Shown here: piece by piece, positions 9,602 through 16,112 of the stretch
Numbering within the stretch: position 1 is the first letter of the stretch
Layout of the letters: each line of letters starts with the position of its first letter
IMG/VR virus record: IMGVR_UViG_3300017938_000005
Direction: 5' to 3' (one strand)
DNA from: a virus
Lineage: Duplodnaviria > Heunggongvirae > Uroviricota > Caudoviricetes
DNA: 64,000 nt
Notes under the pieces: generated by a model
Database searches by the model: none
Seen by the model: the letters and a program-made list of their open reading frames with translations, nothing else
What the model was told of the DNA's origin: nothing
Translations under genes and position numbers: made by a program

Positions 9602-9861
9602 CACGCCTTCCGAGCTTCGAGCTTCGCGCGCCACGCCTCGTGCACCGCTTCCGTCTTCGCCGTGAACTCGTCGATGAGGACCTCGACCTCCGCGTAGAGC
9701 TGCTTCAGCTCCTTCGGGCTCGGGCACCCGGCCTCGCGTCCGTCGAAGCGCTTGTTCAAGAGGTGCGAGAGGTTGATCGTCACCTTGTGCCAGCGCGCCG
9801 TTTCCGAAGGCGGGATGGAGACGGAGATCTCGATCTCCTTGCCGCGCGCGAGGTGATACAT
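9601..9861 (-). CDS. hypothetical protein
   Basis: protein-like C-terminal part of ORF 9601..10119. Confidence 0.35.
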   Translation of the reverse strand: MYHLARGKEIEISVSIPPSETARWHKVTINLSHLLNKRFDGREAGCPSPKELKQLYAEVEVLIDEFTAKTEAVHEAWRAKLEARKA

Positions 9862-9893
9862 CCACGCGGTGATGGGCTCCGGCTCCGGCTCGC

Positions 9894-10190
9894 TCACTTC
9901 GTGGCCTTCTTTTTTCGCTTCGTCGCCGCACGCTTCATCGCCGCGCGCTTCTCGAGGCGCGCGAGATGGAGCACGGGTCTTTCGAGCGCGAGCTTCATCC
10001 CTTCGACTTGGAAGGCGAGTCCCTCGAGATCTTCTCCGCCCACCGTCGCGGGATCCTGCGACCAACTGTGCGGCTCGTGGTTCTCTTTGCAGGGTTCGCC
10101 GCCGTGCTTGCCGGTGCACGCGTAGTAGGCCTCGTGGATCGCGAAGCCGCCGCGAGCGTCTTTAAAGACGCGGTAGTTCCAGGTGCCCAT
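9894..10190 (-). CDS. hypothetical protein with Lys-rich tail
   Basis: MGTWNYRVFKDARGGFAIHEAYYACTGKHGGEPCKENHEPH... Confidence 0.45.
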   Translation of the reverse strand: MGTWNYRVFKDARGGFAIHEAYYACTGKHGGEPCKENHEPHSWSQDPATVGGEDLEGLAFQVEGMKLALERPVLHLARLEKRAAMKRAATKRKKKATK

Positions 10191-10389
10191 GGCAGCCGCC
10201 GATACTGCCAAAAGTCATACAACTTCGCCACACGTTTTCGTTTCGTGATTTCTTTTGTGCGCGTTCGTCAGGCGGTGCTAGTTTGCACGTCCGAGAGACC
10301 CATGGACCGAGTCGCTTCCAAGGCCCGACCGCTGCATACGGACGCCATCCTCCGCGGATGACGTCTTCGGAGCGATGGCTTCACCGTTA

Positions 10390-10462
10390 TGGTGGCCGTC
10401 GTCTAGTGGTCAGGACCTGCGTCTGTGGCTCGCAGTACGGGAGTTCGAATCTCCTCGGTCAC
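10390..10462 (+). tRNA. tRNA-His(GTG) with extra 5' G(-1)
   Basis: acceptor gtggccg/cggtcac, D-arm tctagtggtcagga, anticodon loop containing GTG, T-arm gggagttcgaatctcct. Confidence 0.65.
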
Positions 10463-10734
10463 CCCAAAAAGTTCTTGCACGTTTTCCAGATCCATGTCGT
10501 AGTGAACGAGACGAATCCGATGCACTCCATAGCGAAAAAGACAGCGTCGATGACCCGGAGGCCCCAAGCAGGGCTTTCAGGGTCGTGGTGCATTTCGCCG
10601 TTGCCGGTTCGCGATTGCCTTCCCACGCCCTCCTATCCGGCCTCCCTCAGCGAACCGAAGTTCGCGACGCGCAATCAGGAGGCCGGTACCTAGAGGCGGT
10701 TTTCTTCACGCGCACCGGGCAGGGTGCAGAAGAA

Positions 10735-10772
10735 GGCCGCCTCGGGAAACCGAGAGCGGCCTTCGTCGTTTC
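10735..10772 (+). terminator. GC-rich hairpin with GAAA tetraloop followed by a T-rich tract
   Basis: ggccgcctcgggaaaccgagagcggcc then ttcgtcgtttc. Confidence 0.4.
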
Positions 10773-10908
10773 AGGCTGAAAATTTCGAAAGTCTTCCCAT
10801 CACGCACTAGGGATCTGCCCGACGTGCGCCTTGGAAGCATAGGAGACGTGTGTCCGATGACTCAGGTGATTCAAAAGGAACGCTATCAAGGCTCTGCCCC
10901 ATATCCAT

Positions 10909-10990
10909 GGAGCGGGACCAGGGCCGAGGAGCCCTAGCGGATTGTAAACCCGTGGCCTTCGGGCAAGTGGTGCGACTCCACCCCGCTCCA
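10909..10990 (+). tRNA. tRNA-Tyr(GTA), class II with variable arm
   Basis: acceptor ggagcgg/ccgctcc; anticodon loop ttgtaaa; variable hairpin gccttcgggc; T-loop tgcgact. Confidence 0.55.
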
Positions 10991-11078
10991 CAAAAGAGTT
11001 CGAGAATCTCGAGAAGAAACAAGAGACGACGATGAAATCCAAGACCGCGCCCGGGAAAGCCGGGCCAAAAGAAAGCGA

Positions 11079-11149
11079 GGGACGTTAGCTCAAGGGCAGA
11101 GCAGGGAGCTTTTAACTCTCAGGCAAGGGTTCGATCCCCTTACGTCCCA
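11079..11149 (+). tRNA. tRNA-Lys(TTT)
   Basis: acceptor gggacgt/acgtccc; D-arm gctcaagggcagagc; loop cttttaa; T-arm gggttcgatcccct. Confidence 0.75.
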
Positions 11150-11169
11150 CTCGGTCGCGAGACCGAAAT

Positions 11170-11240
11170 GGGTCTTTAGCTCGAAGGTCGAGCAGCCGGC
11201 TCTTACCCGGTAGGCGAGGGTTCGATTCCCTCAAGACCCA
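11170..11240 (+). tRNA. tRNA-Lys(CTT)
   Basis: acceptor gggtctt/aagaccc; loop ctcttac; T-arm gagggttcgattccctc. Confidence 0.75.
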
Positions 11241-11284
11241 CAGAGGACGGATAGGAAAACGGATACGTGATTACGAAGATACAT

Positions 11285-11355
11285 TCGGGCTTCATCCAAT
11301 GGCAGGATTCTGGTTTCTGACACCAGCCACGAAGGTTCGACCCCTTCAGCCCGAA
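11285..11355 (+). tRNA. tRNA-Gln(CTG)
   Basis: acceptor tcgggct/agcccga; anticodon stem ctggt/accag with loop ttctgac; T-arm aaggttcgacccctt. Confidence 0.65.
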
Positions 11356-11492
11356 CTAAGCGCTCCCTGAGCGCTTGACCTTTGACAATCTAGCAGGACG
11401 TTGACGCGCGGTGCTCGCCCCATAGGAGCACTGCGGGCAGTCTCTCCTGTTCGTCAAGTAGTTCGTGGAGGGTCATGTGGCCCTCCACACAT

Positions 11493-11567
11493 TCACGGAG
11501 TCTCAGTGTTGGTACTGATCCCCGGCTGTTAACCGGGCCGCCCCTGGTTCGATTCCAGGTCCGTGAG
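11493..11567 (+). tRNA. tRNA-Asn(GTT)
   Basis: acceptor tcacgga/tccgtga; anticodon stem cccgg/ccggg with loop ctgttaa; T-arm cctggttcgattccagg. Confidence 0.7.
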
Positions 11568-11571
11568 CTAT

Positions 11572-11640
11572 GCCGATGCGCAAGGTGCAAGCTCTCACTT
11601 GTAGCGAGGTGCTCGAGGGTTCGAGATCCCCCCGTCGGCT
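11572..11640 (+). tRNA. tRNA-like, degenerate (anticodon arm ambiguous, possibly TTG)
   Basis: acceptor gccgatg/cgtcggc pairs and a ttcgaga T-loop-like motif is present, but D and anticodon stems are poor. Confidence 0.3.
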
Positions 11641-11650
11641 CTGAATTTCT

Positions 11651-11722
11651 GCTGGTGTAGCTCCAAGGCGGAGCAGCGCTTTCGTAAAGCGCAGGGTTGC
11701 GGTTCGATTCCGCTCACCAGCT
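11651..11722 (+). tRNA. tRNA-Thr(CGT)
   Basis: acceptor gctggtg/caccagc; D-arm tagctccaaggcggagc; stem gcgct/agcgc with loop ttcgtaa. Confidence 0.75.
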
Positions 11723-11726
11723 CTAC

Positions 11727-11801
11727 GCACCCTTCTTCTAGTGGTCTGGATCCTCGACTTTCAATCGAGAGGTGAGGGTTCGATCCCCTCAGGGTGCGCC
11801 A
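11727..11801 (+). tRNA. tRNA-Glu(TTC), CCA encoded
   Basis: acceptor gcaccct/agggtgc; stem ctcga/tcgag with loop ctttcaa; 3' gcca. Confidence 0.8.
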
Positions 11802-11813
11802 TAGAAGAAGTCT

Positions 11814-11887
11814 GTCCCCATCGTCTAGATGGCCAAGGACGGTGCCCTCTCAAGGCATAAACAAGGGTTCGAATCCCTTTGGGGACG
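11814..11887 (+). tRNA. tRNA-Glu(CTC)
   Basis: acceptor gtcccca/tggggac; D-arm cgtctagatggccaaggacg; loop ctctcaa. Confidence 0.7.
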
Positions 11888-11926
11888 CTGAGAAAGTAAC
11901 TTAGGAACGTGATGAGGGCAGAGAGC

Positions 11927-12000
11927 TAGTCTGGTGATAGCGCACGGCTGAAGCCCGTGAAATGCCGGTTCGATCCCGGATCTGCCCACTGCAAGGTTCG
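11927..12000 (+). tRNA. tRNA-Phe(GAA)
   Basis: acceptor gggcaga/tctgccc; stem cacgg/ccgtg with loop ctgaagc; T-arm gccggttcgatcccggc. Confidence 0.75.
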
Positions 12001-12033
12001 ATATTTTCGAACCATCTGATATATTTTGAATCG

Positions 12034-12675
12034 ATGAAGAAGTATGACGGACTCTGGGCCCGCTCACGCATTTGGCGGATGGAAGGCCTCGCGCTTCAAG
12101 AGATCTGTAAAAGGCTCTCACTGAGTAAGGGAACCGTCTACCACTGGATCAAGGATATACCGCTTCAGCGAAGGCATCGCGGCTCGTCTGGCCACCGAAT
12201 CAAAATCAGTCATGCCTTCGCTGACAAACGAAAAAAGGCTTACGTCTCTGGTATGGAGATGTTTTCGTCCTTGTCTCTAGAAGCGAGTTTCAGAGACTTC
12301 ATTTTGCTGTACATGACTGAGGGATATAGAAAAGGAATCAATTCAGTTGCCGTCGGTAACTCGAACTCTTCCCTAGTAGCGCTCGCTGCCTACTGGCTTC
12401 GCAAGTTGTCTCTTCATAAGATGGAAGCACGTGTTCAGGTTTATGAAGATCAAGATTTGAATGCAGTTCGAAGGCATTGGGGACGGGCACTCGGTATCGC
12501 TCCTTCTGCGATCAAGTTGCAACCGAAGTCCAATGCGGGCGGACTGCATGGACGTAAAACGCGCTCGATCTACGGCGTCTGCACGGTACGCGTTGCTGAT
12601 ACGTACTTGCGACAACGCATCCAGGCCTGGATGGATCTCGTAGAAAAAGATTGGAAGTCTCGGGGTATAGCGTAG
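12034..12675 (+). CDS. HTH-domain protein encoded in a low-GC island between tRNA-Phe and tRNA-Pro; possible mobile (homing-endonuclease-like) insertion
   Basis: ORF 11962..12675 but Met at 12034 avoids overlap with tRNA-Phe; GLALQEICKRLSLSKGTVYHWIKDI HTH; local AT-rich composition; 3' end overlaps tRNA-Pro by about 15 nt. Confidence 0.45.
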   Translation: MKKYDGLWARSRIWRMEGLALQEICKRLSLSKGTVYHWIKDIPLQRRHRGSSGHRIKISHAFADKRKKAYVSGMEMFSSLSLEASFRDFILLYMTEGYRKGINSVAVGNSNSSLVALAAYWLRKLSLHKMEARVQVYEDQDLNAVRRHWGRALGIAPSAIKLQPKSNAGGLHGRKTRSIYGVCTVRVADTYLRQRIQAWMDLVEKDWKSRGIA

Positions 12676-12734
12676 CGGCACGCACTCCCTTTGGGTGGGA
12701 GCATAGACCGGTTCGACTCCGGTTACCCCGACCA
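12661..12734 (+). tRNA. tRNA-Pro(TGG), CCA encoded
   Basis: acceptor cggggta/taccccg; stem ctccc/gggag with loop tttgggt. Confidence 0.8.
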
Positions 12735-12735
12735 T

Positions 12736-12818
12736 GCCATCGTGGTGAAAAGGCAGACACGCTAGTTTGAGGTACTAGTGCTCGAAAGGGCTTGGAGGTT
12801 CGATTCCTCTCGATGGCA
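12736..12818 (+). tRNA. tRNA-Leu(GAG), class II with long variable arm; CCA follows
   Basis: acceptor gccatcg/cgatggc; stem ctagt/actag with loop ttgaggt; long variable arm tgctcgaaagggcttg. Confidence 0.65.
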
Positions 12819-12822
12819 CCAT

Positions 12823-12897
12823 GCGAACGTAGACCAACAGGTAGGAGTCGCCCGCCTCAAGATCGGGACAGTAAGAGTTCGAATCTCTTCGTTCGCA
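12823..12897 (+). tRNA. atypical Leu-like tRNA with class-I architecture; anticodon CAA if the loop is 7 nt (family member A)
   Basis: Leu-like acceptor gcgaacg and D-arm gac-caacaggtagga-gtc; anticodon arm cccgc-ctcaaga-tcggg; 5-nt variable region acagt. Confidence 0.5.
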
Positions 12898-12946
12898 CAA
12901 AGAAAAGTCTCAGAAGAAACATCAGGAAACGACGTCAGGAAGCGAT

Positions 12947-13019
12947 GCCCTCATAGCTCAATGGATAGAGCGACACTTTCCTAAAGTGCAGGTTGTCCGT
13001 TCGACTCGGACTGAGGGTG
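12947..13019 (+). tRNA. tRNA-Arg(CCT)
   Basis: acceptor gccctca/tgagggt; D-arm tagctcaatggatagagc; loop ttcctaa. Confidence 0.7.
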
Positions 13020-13029
13020 CTGAGTGTTA

Positions 13030-13098
13030 CGCCTTGTGACGCGCTTGGAGCGCGACCCCTCTGTCTAAGGGGCGAAACGGGTTCGATTCCCAAGGCGC
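13030..13098 (+). tRNA. tRNA-Asp(GTC)
   Basis: stem cccct/agggg with loop ctgtcta; acceptor cgccttg/caaggcg; weak T-stem. Confidence 0.55.
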
Positions 13099-13101
13099 CC
13101 T

Positions 13102-13169
13102 ACGGCGGAGTGAAGGTCACAACGGAGCCTCCAAAACTCCGAAACAGAGTTCGAATCTCTGCCGCCGTG
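13102..13169 (+). tRNA. tRNA-Trp(CCA), short D-arm
   Basis: acceptor acggcgg/ccgccgt; anticodon arm ggagc-ctccaaa-actcc; T-arm cagagttcgaatctctg. Confidence 0.5.
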
Positions 13170-13171
13170 CT

Positions 13172-13247
13172 GAGTGACCTGTCGGGTCGCTGCAATTCGG
13201 TTACCTCCTGATAAGAGGGTGATCTGGGTTCGAATCCCAGCGCCATT
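13172..13247 (+). tRNA. tRNA-like, Ile(GAT)-type anticodon arm, no pairable acceptor stem (possible pseudo-tRNA)
   Basis: cctc-ctgataa-gagg anticodon arm and ctgggttcgaatcccag T-arm present; no 5' partner found for the 3' acceptor cgccatt. Confidence 0.3.
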
Positions 13248-13252
13248 CGAAA

Positions 13253-13315
13253 GAGTGGTGTAGCTCAACGGCAGAGCGCCTAACCCCGAGCTGCTTTCTT
13301 CATCCGACGGTTCAC
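13253..13315 (+). tRNA. tRNA-like fragment (canonical D-arm, no T-arm)
   Basis: gagtggtgtagctcaacggcagagc acceptor plus D-arm-like 5' half lacking a recognisable 3' half. Confidence 0.25.
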
Positions 13316-13387
13316 TTTGGGGCGATCGTCCAATCGGGAGGACACCGGCTTCGCATGTCGGAAATTCGAGTTCGATCCTCGACCGCT
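13316..13387 (+). tRNA. tRNA-Ala(CGC) with G3-U70
   Basis: acceptor ggggcga/ccgctcc with G3:U70; D-arm gtcc-aatcggga-ggac; stem ccggc/gtcgg with loop ttcgcat. Confidence 0.65.
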
Positions 13388-13414
13388 CCACCTATCCTCT
13401 CTACTATCCTTTTT

Positions 13415-13485
13415 CATGGGGTCGTCGTCCAACGGGAAGATGCTGTGCTGGCTGCACGGAGATAGGGGTTCGATCCCCCTCGACT
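13415..13485 (+). tRNA. tRNA-Ala(GGC) with G3-U70
   Basis: acceptor ggggtcg/cgactcc; stem ctgtg/cacgg with loop ctggctg. Confidence 0.7.
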
Positions 13486-13503
13486 CCACCTTGTATTTTT
13501 CAT

Positions 13504-13574
13504 GGGCTTGTCCGACAGGTTCGGGGCCGCGCCCTGCAAGCGCGTGCATCAGGGTGCGACTCCCTGCAGGTCCA
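13504..13574 (+). tRNA. tRNA-Ala(TGC) with G3-U70
   Basis: acceptor gggcttg/caggtcc; stem cgcgc/gcgcg with loop cctgcaa; T-loop tgcgact. Confidence 0.65.
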
Positions 13575-13576
13575 CC

Positions 13577-13644
13577 GATGATTGCCACTCGCGCCGCGCT
13601 CACAAGCAAAAAATTGTTGGTTCGAATCCAACTTTTCCCGCCAA
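13577..13644 (+). tRNA. tRNA-like, degenerate (T-arm only)
   Basis: gttggttcgaatccaac T-arm followed by ttttccc-g-cca; no convincing 5' half. Confidence 0.25.
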
Positions 13645-13730
13645 AATTGGGAAAAAAGCCAAATGGTGAGGCAACGGTCTACGAAACCGTCAAAAGACAA
13701 TGCATGGCGCACTCGGCAGTCATCGAGTTC

Positions 13731-13801
13731 GCTGGCGTAGCTCCAAGGCGGAGCAATCCCTCGGTACGGGATCGGGACGCGTTCGATTCGCGTCGCCAGC
13801 T
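13731..13801 (+). tRNA. tRNA-Thr(GGT)
   Basis: acceptor gctggcg/cgccagc; D-arm tagctccaaggcggagc; stem atccc/gggat with loop tcggtac. Confidence 0.7.
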
Positions 13802-13812
13802 CGAAGTGATTT

Positions 13813-13884
13813 GCGGGTAGAAGACGGTGGTAGTCGGTCGGCCTTCCAAGCCGTACAGCATGGGTTCGAATCCCGTTACCCGCT
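13813..13884 (+). tRNA. tRNA-Gly(TCC)
   Basis: acceptor gcgggta/tacccgc; loop cttccaa; T-arm atgggttcgaatcccgt. Confidence 0.65.
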
Positions 13885-13902
13885 CGAGAGAAACGAAAAA
13901 AT

Positions 13903-13974
13903 GCGGATGTAGCTCAGTGGTAGAGCAGCGCGTTGCCAACGCGAAGATCGTGGGTTCGATCCCCATCATCCGCT
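13903..13974 (+). tRNA. tRNA-Gly(GCC)
   Basis: acceptor gcggatg/catccgc; D-arm tagctcagtggtagagc; loop ttgccaa. Confidence 0.75.
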
Positions 13975-13978
13975 CCGT

Positions 13979-14051
13979 GTCGAGGTACCCAAACGGTATG
14001 GGCTTCGTCTGCAAAACGAATGCATGCTCGGTTCGACTCCGGCCCTCGACT
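13979..14051 (+). tRNA. tRNA-Cys(GCA)
   Basis: acceptor gtcgagg/cctcgac; stem ttcgt/acgaa with loop ctgcaaa. Confidence 0.7.
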
Positions 14052-14075
14052 CTAGGTCCTCTAAGCCTTCACCAT

Positions 14076-14146
14076 GCCCTCGTCCTGATGGAACAGGCAT
14101 CCGTTTTCTAAGCGGAACATCGCGGGTTCGAATCCTGCCGAGGGTG
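14076..14146 (+). tRNA. tRNA-Arg(TCT)
   Basis: acceptor gccctcg/cgagggt; D-stem cctg/cagg; stem tccgt/gcgga with loop tttctaa. Confidence 0.65.
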
Positions 14147-14159
14147 CTCCTAAGTCTAT

Positions 14160-14233
14160 CTCCTCGTCGTAGCGGATCTACGCATAGGTCTACGAAACCT
14201 ATTGTCTGAGTTCAACTCTCAGCGGGGAGGCCA
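14160..14233 (+). tRNA. tRNA-Arg(ACG), CCA encoded
   Basis: acceptor ctcctcg/cggggag; stem taggt/accta with loop ctacgaa. Confidence 0.7.
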
Positions 14234-14242
14234 TTCTTTTTT

Positions 14243-14316
14243 CTCCCTGTCCTCGCGGATCGAGGCGCGAGTTTCCGAAGCTCGCTGTCTGAGTTCGAGT
14301 CTCAGCAGGGAGGCCA
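14243..14316 (+). tRNA. tRNA-Arg(CCG), CCA encoded
   Basis: acceptor ctccctg/cagggag; stem cgagt/gctcg with loop ttccgaa. Confidence 0.7.
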
Positions 14317-14317
14317 T

Positions 14318-14388
14318 GTCCCCGTCGCGGCGGAACCGCGCTCGACGCTTCGAACGTCGATGTCTCAGTTCGACCCTGAGCGGGGATG
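14318..14388 (+). tRNA. tRNA-Arg(TCG)
   Basis: acceptor gtccccg/cggggat; stem cgacg/cgtcg with loop cttcgaa. Confidence 0.7.
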
Positions 14389-14389
14389 C

Positions 14390-14460
14390 CGCGGTAAGCT
14401 CGGAGCAAGACGTCTCTCATAAGGACGATCTAGGCGGTTCAACTCCGCCTACCGCGACCA
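14390..14460 (+). tRNA. tRNA-Met or Ile2(CAT), CCA encoded
   Basis: acceptor cgcggta/taccgcg; stem cgtct/ggacg with loop ctcataa; T-arm ggcggttcaactccgcc. Confidence 0.65.
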
Positions 14461-14498
14461 TGGGAACGACGCCTTTAGCGTCTTCCCAGCAAGAGTCG

Positions 14499-14520
14499 GC
14501 ATTGCGGCTGCGCCGCAATG
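14499..14520. other. perfect 8-bp hairpin inside the tRNA array
   Basis: gcattgcgg-ctgcg-ccgcaatg. Confidence 0.5.
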
Positions 14521-14532
14521 TCTTAGATAAAC

Positions 14533-14608
14533 GCCAACGTAGACCAACTCGGTAGGAGTCGCCTCTCTCAGAAAGAGGACAGTGTGGGTTCGAATCCCTC
14601 CGTTGGCA
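14533..14608 (+). tRNA. atypical Leu-like class-I tRNA, anticodon CAG (family member B)
   Basis: acceptor gccaacg/cgttggc; D-arm gac-caactcggtagga-gtc; arm cctct-ctcagaa-agagg; variable acagt. Confidence 0.5.
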
Positions 14609-14615
14609 CTGAGGA

Positions 14616-14689
14616 GTCCGCGTAGCCCAACTGGTAGGAGGCGACCGACTTAAAACGGTACAGTGCGGGTTCGAAGCCCGCCGCGGATA
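14616..14689 (+). tRNA. atypical Leu-like class-I tRNA, anticodon TAA, 8-nt loop with 4-bp stem (family member C)
   Basis: acceptor gtccgcg/cgcggat; D-arm gcc-caactggtagga-ggc; arm accg-acttaaaa-cggt; variable acagt. Confidence 0.45.
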
Positions 14690-14690
14690 C

Positions 14691-14764
14691 TGGGGCATCG
14701 TCCAGTGGCAGGACGCTAGTTTTTGACACTAGCTACGGCGGTCCGATTCCGTCTGCCCCAACCA
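14691..14764 (+). tRNA. tRNA-Gln(TTG), CCA encoded
   Basis: acceptor tggggca/tgcccca; stem ctagt/actag with loop ttttgac. Confidence 0.65.
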
Positions 14765-14772
14765 TCAACCAT

Positions 14773-14846
14773 CAAGGTGTAGCTTAATCTGGTAAAGCGC
14801 TCGGTTCGGGTCCGAGAGACTGCTGGTTCAAGTCCAGTCACCTTGA
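14773..14846 (+). tRNA. tRNA-Pro(CGG)
   Basis: acceptor caaggtg/caccttg; D-arm gctt-aatctggta-aagc; stem ctcgg/ccgag with loop ttcgggt. Confidence 0.7.
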
Positions 14847-14868
14847 CTACATTCTAATAGAAGAGGGC

Positions 14869-15258
14869 TTACTTCTTCACTTCGATCCCACAGATGATCT
14901 TCATGCAGATCGGACAGTGGAGCCCTCCCGACGCCATTCCCCAGCCCGCGAGCTGCCGCGCGCGGGCGCCGCAACGGATGCACGGATCGCAGAAGGGTCT
15001 CGGGGACGGGTTCGGAGGGCACGGAGCCCAACCGAGGAGCATCACGGACGGCGGGTGCCACGGGCACGAGCCCTTCGGGTGGCCGACCGAAGGCCTCACA
15101 TGTCCGTCCGCCGCGATCGTGTGGTTCGGGATTGGGAGCCGCGTGCCGCACTCTGGGCATCGAATGATCGCGGACCATCGCGGATGATCGCCGAACTCGT
15201 CCAGGAGGATGCGCTGCCACTCGCCGCGCTCCTTGCCTTGGGGGAGATCGCTGAGCAC
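14869..15258 (-). CDS. Cys/His-rich zinc-finger-like hypothetical protein
   Basis: CPECG, CPWHP, CDPCIRCG, CPICMKIIC motifs; located inside the tRNA array on the opposite strand. Confidence 0.4.
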   Translation of the reverse strand: MLSDLPQGKERGEWQRILLDEFGDHPRWSAIIRCPECGTRLPIPNHTIAADGHVRPSVGHPKGSCPWHPPSVMLLGWAPCPPNPSPRPFCDPCIRCGARARQLAGWGMASGGLHCPICMKIICGIEVKK

Positions 15259-15268
15259 GACGTCCGGG

Positions 15269-15679
15269 CTAGTTGGAGGTCGCTTGAACAGCGAGTTTCT
15301 TTTCGTGTTCCGTGATGACGTCGTCGATCAGTTTGCGGTTGGCCTTGAGCAGTTCGAGTTCCCAGCGAAGTTGGTCTGCCACGTCCAGCGGCATGGGTGC
15401 CGACGTTTCCTCCTTCTTCATCTCAGCTCTCCGCGCGTTCACCATGAACCTCATGAGCAAGGTCAGCGGCCAGATCGCGACGAGTCCGATGGAGACCGCG
15501 ATGGCGCACGTCACAGCGCATAGATACGTGGTGAACGGGCCCCAAGTGGCCCGGATCTGTTTGAGCGCTGGCACGGCGACGTTGGTGATGATGACGCGGT
15601 CCTCCGACCTTCCTGTCCATGCTAGGATGTACGCGAGCGTCAACGCGCCGGCGACGGCATAGAGCGTCGTACCGATCAT
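15269..15679 (-). CDS. hypothetical membrane protein (2 TM)
   Basis: MIGTTLYAVAGALTLAYILAW... and CAVTCAIAVSIGLVAIWPLTLL hydrophobic segments. Confidence 0.4.
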   Translation of the reverse strand: MIGTTLYAVAGALTLAYILAWTGRSEDRVIITNVAVPALKQIRATWGPFTTYLCAVTCAIAVSIGLVAIWPLTLLMRFMVNARRAEMKKEETSAPMPLDVADQLRWELELLKANRKLIDDVITEHEKKLAVQATSN

Positions 15680-15818
15680 GGAAGCTCCCGGTTCACGACG
15701 ACGATCTTCATACGTCATAGTTACTACACACGGGTTCATCGTCCAAGACGTAGGATGCCTGCCCCACACGCAGGAGATGATGGTGCGAATCCATCTGGAC
15801 CTACTATGAGTGCTACGA

Positions 15819-15891
15819 GAGAGGAGAGCGAGCTGGAGAACGCGCTACCCTGACACGGTAGATTCGCCGGGTTCGATCCCCGGTCCTCTCA
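15819..15891 (+). tRNA. tRNA-Val(GAC)
   Basis: acceptor gagagga/tcctctc; stem ctacc/ggtag with loop ctgacac; T-arm ccgggttcgatccccgg. Confidence 0.7.
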
Positions 15892-16028
15892 CTGCGATTC
15901 ACAAGGGCGCACCGGCGGTTCCGGGACCAAGCCTTATAAGCATGCGTTCAGCAGTCCGACTCTGCATGCGCCCACGAAGCTTCGTCTGGTATCTTTCTCT
16001 TCGACGTCTTTGTCCCGAAACCCAAAAC

Positions 16029-16100
16029 GGATCCGGATGGTCTGGTTGACCGGCGGCGCCTGATAAGCACCGTGGTCGTGTTCAAATCACGACGGATCCA
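16029..16100 (+). tRNA. tRNA-Ile(GAT)
   Basis: acceptor ggatccg/cggatcc; D-stem ggtc/gacc; loop ctgataa; T-arm tcgtgttcaaatcacga. Confidence 0.6.
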
Positions 16101-16112
16101 CAACGACCCCAG

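Noticed and set aside
11962-12033. 5' extension of the HTH ORF into tRNA-Phe
   Set aside because: It would overlap the tRNA body; the Met at 12034 (MKKYDGLW...) immediately follows the tRNA and starts the protein-like sequence.
13246-13392. Single intron-containing tRNA spanning 13253..13387
   Set aside because: The downstream half folds as a complete stand-alone tRNA-Ala(CGC) with its own acceptor (ggggcga/ccgctcc) and D-arm; the upstream piece is better read as a separate degenerate tRNA-like fragment.
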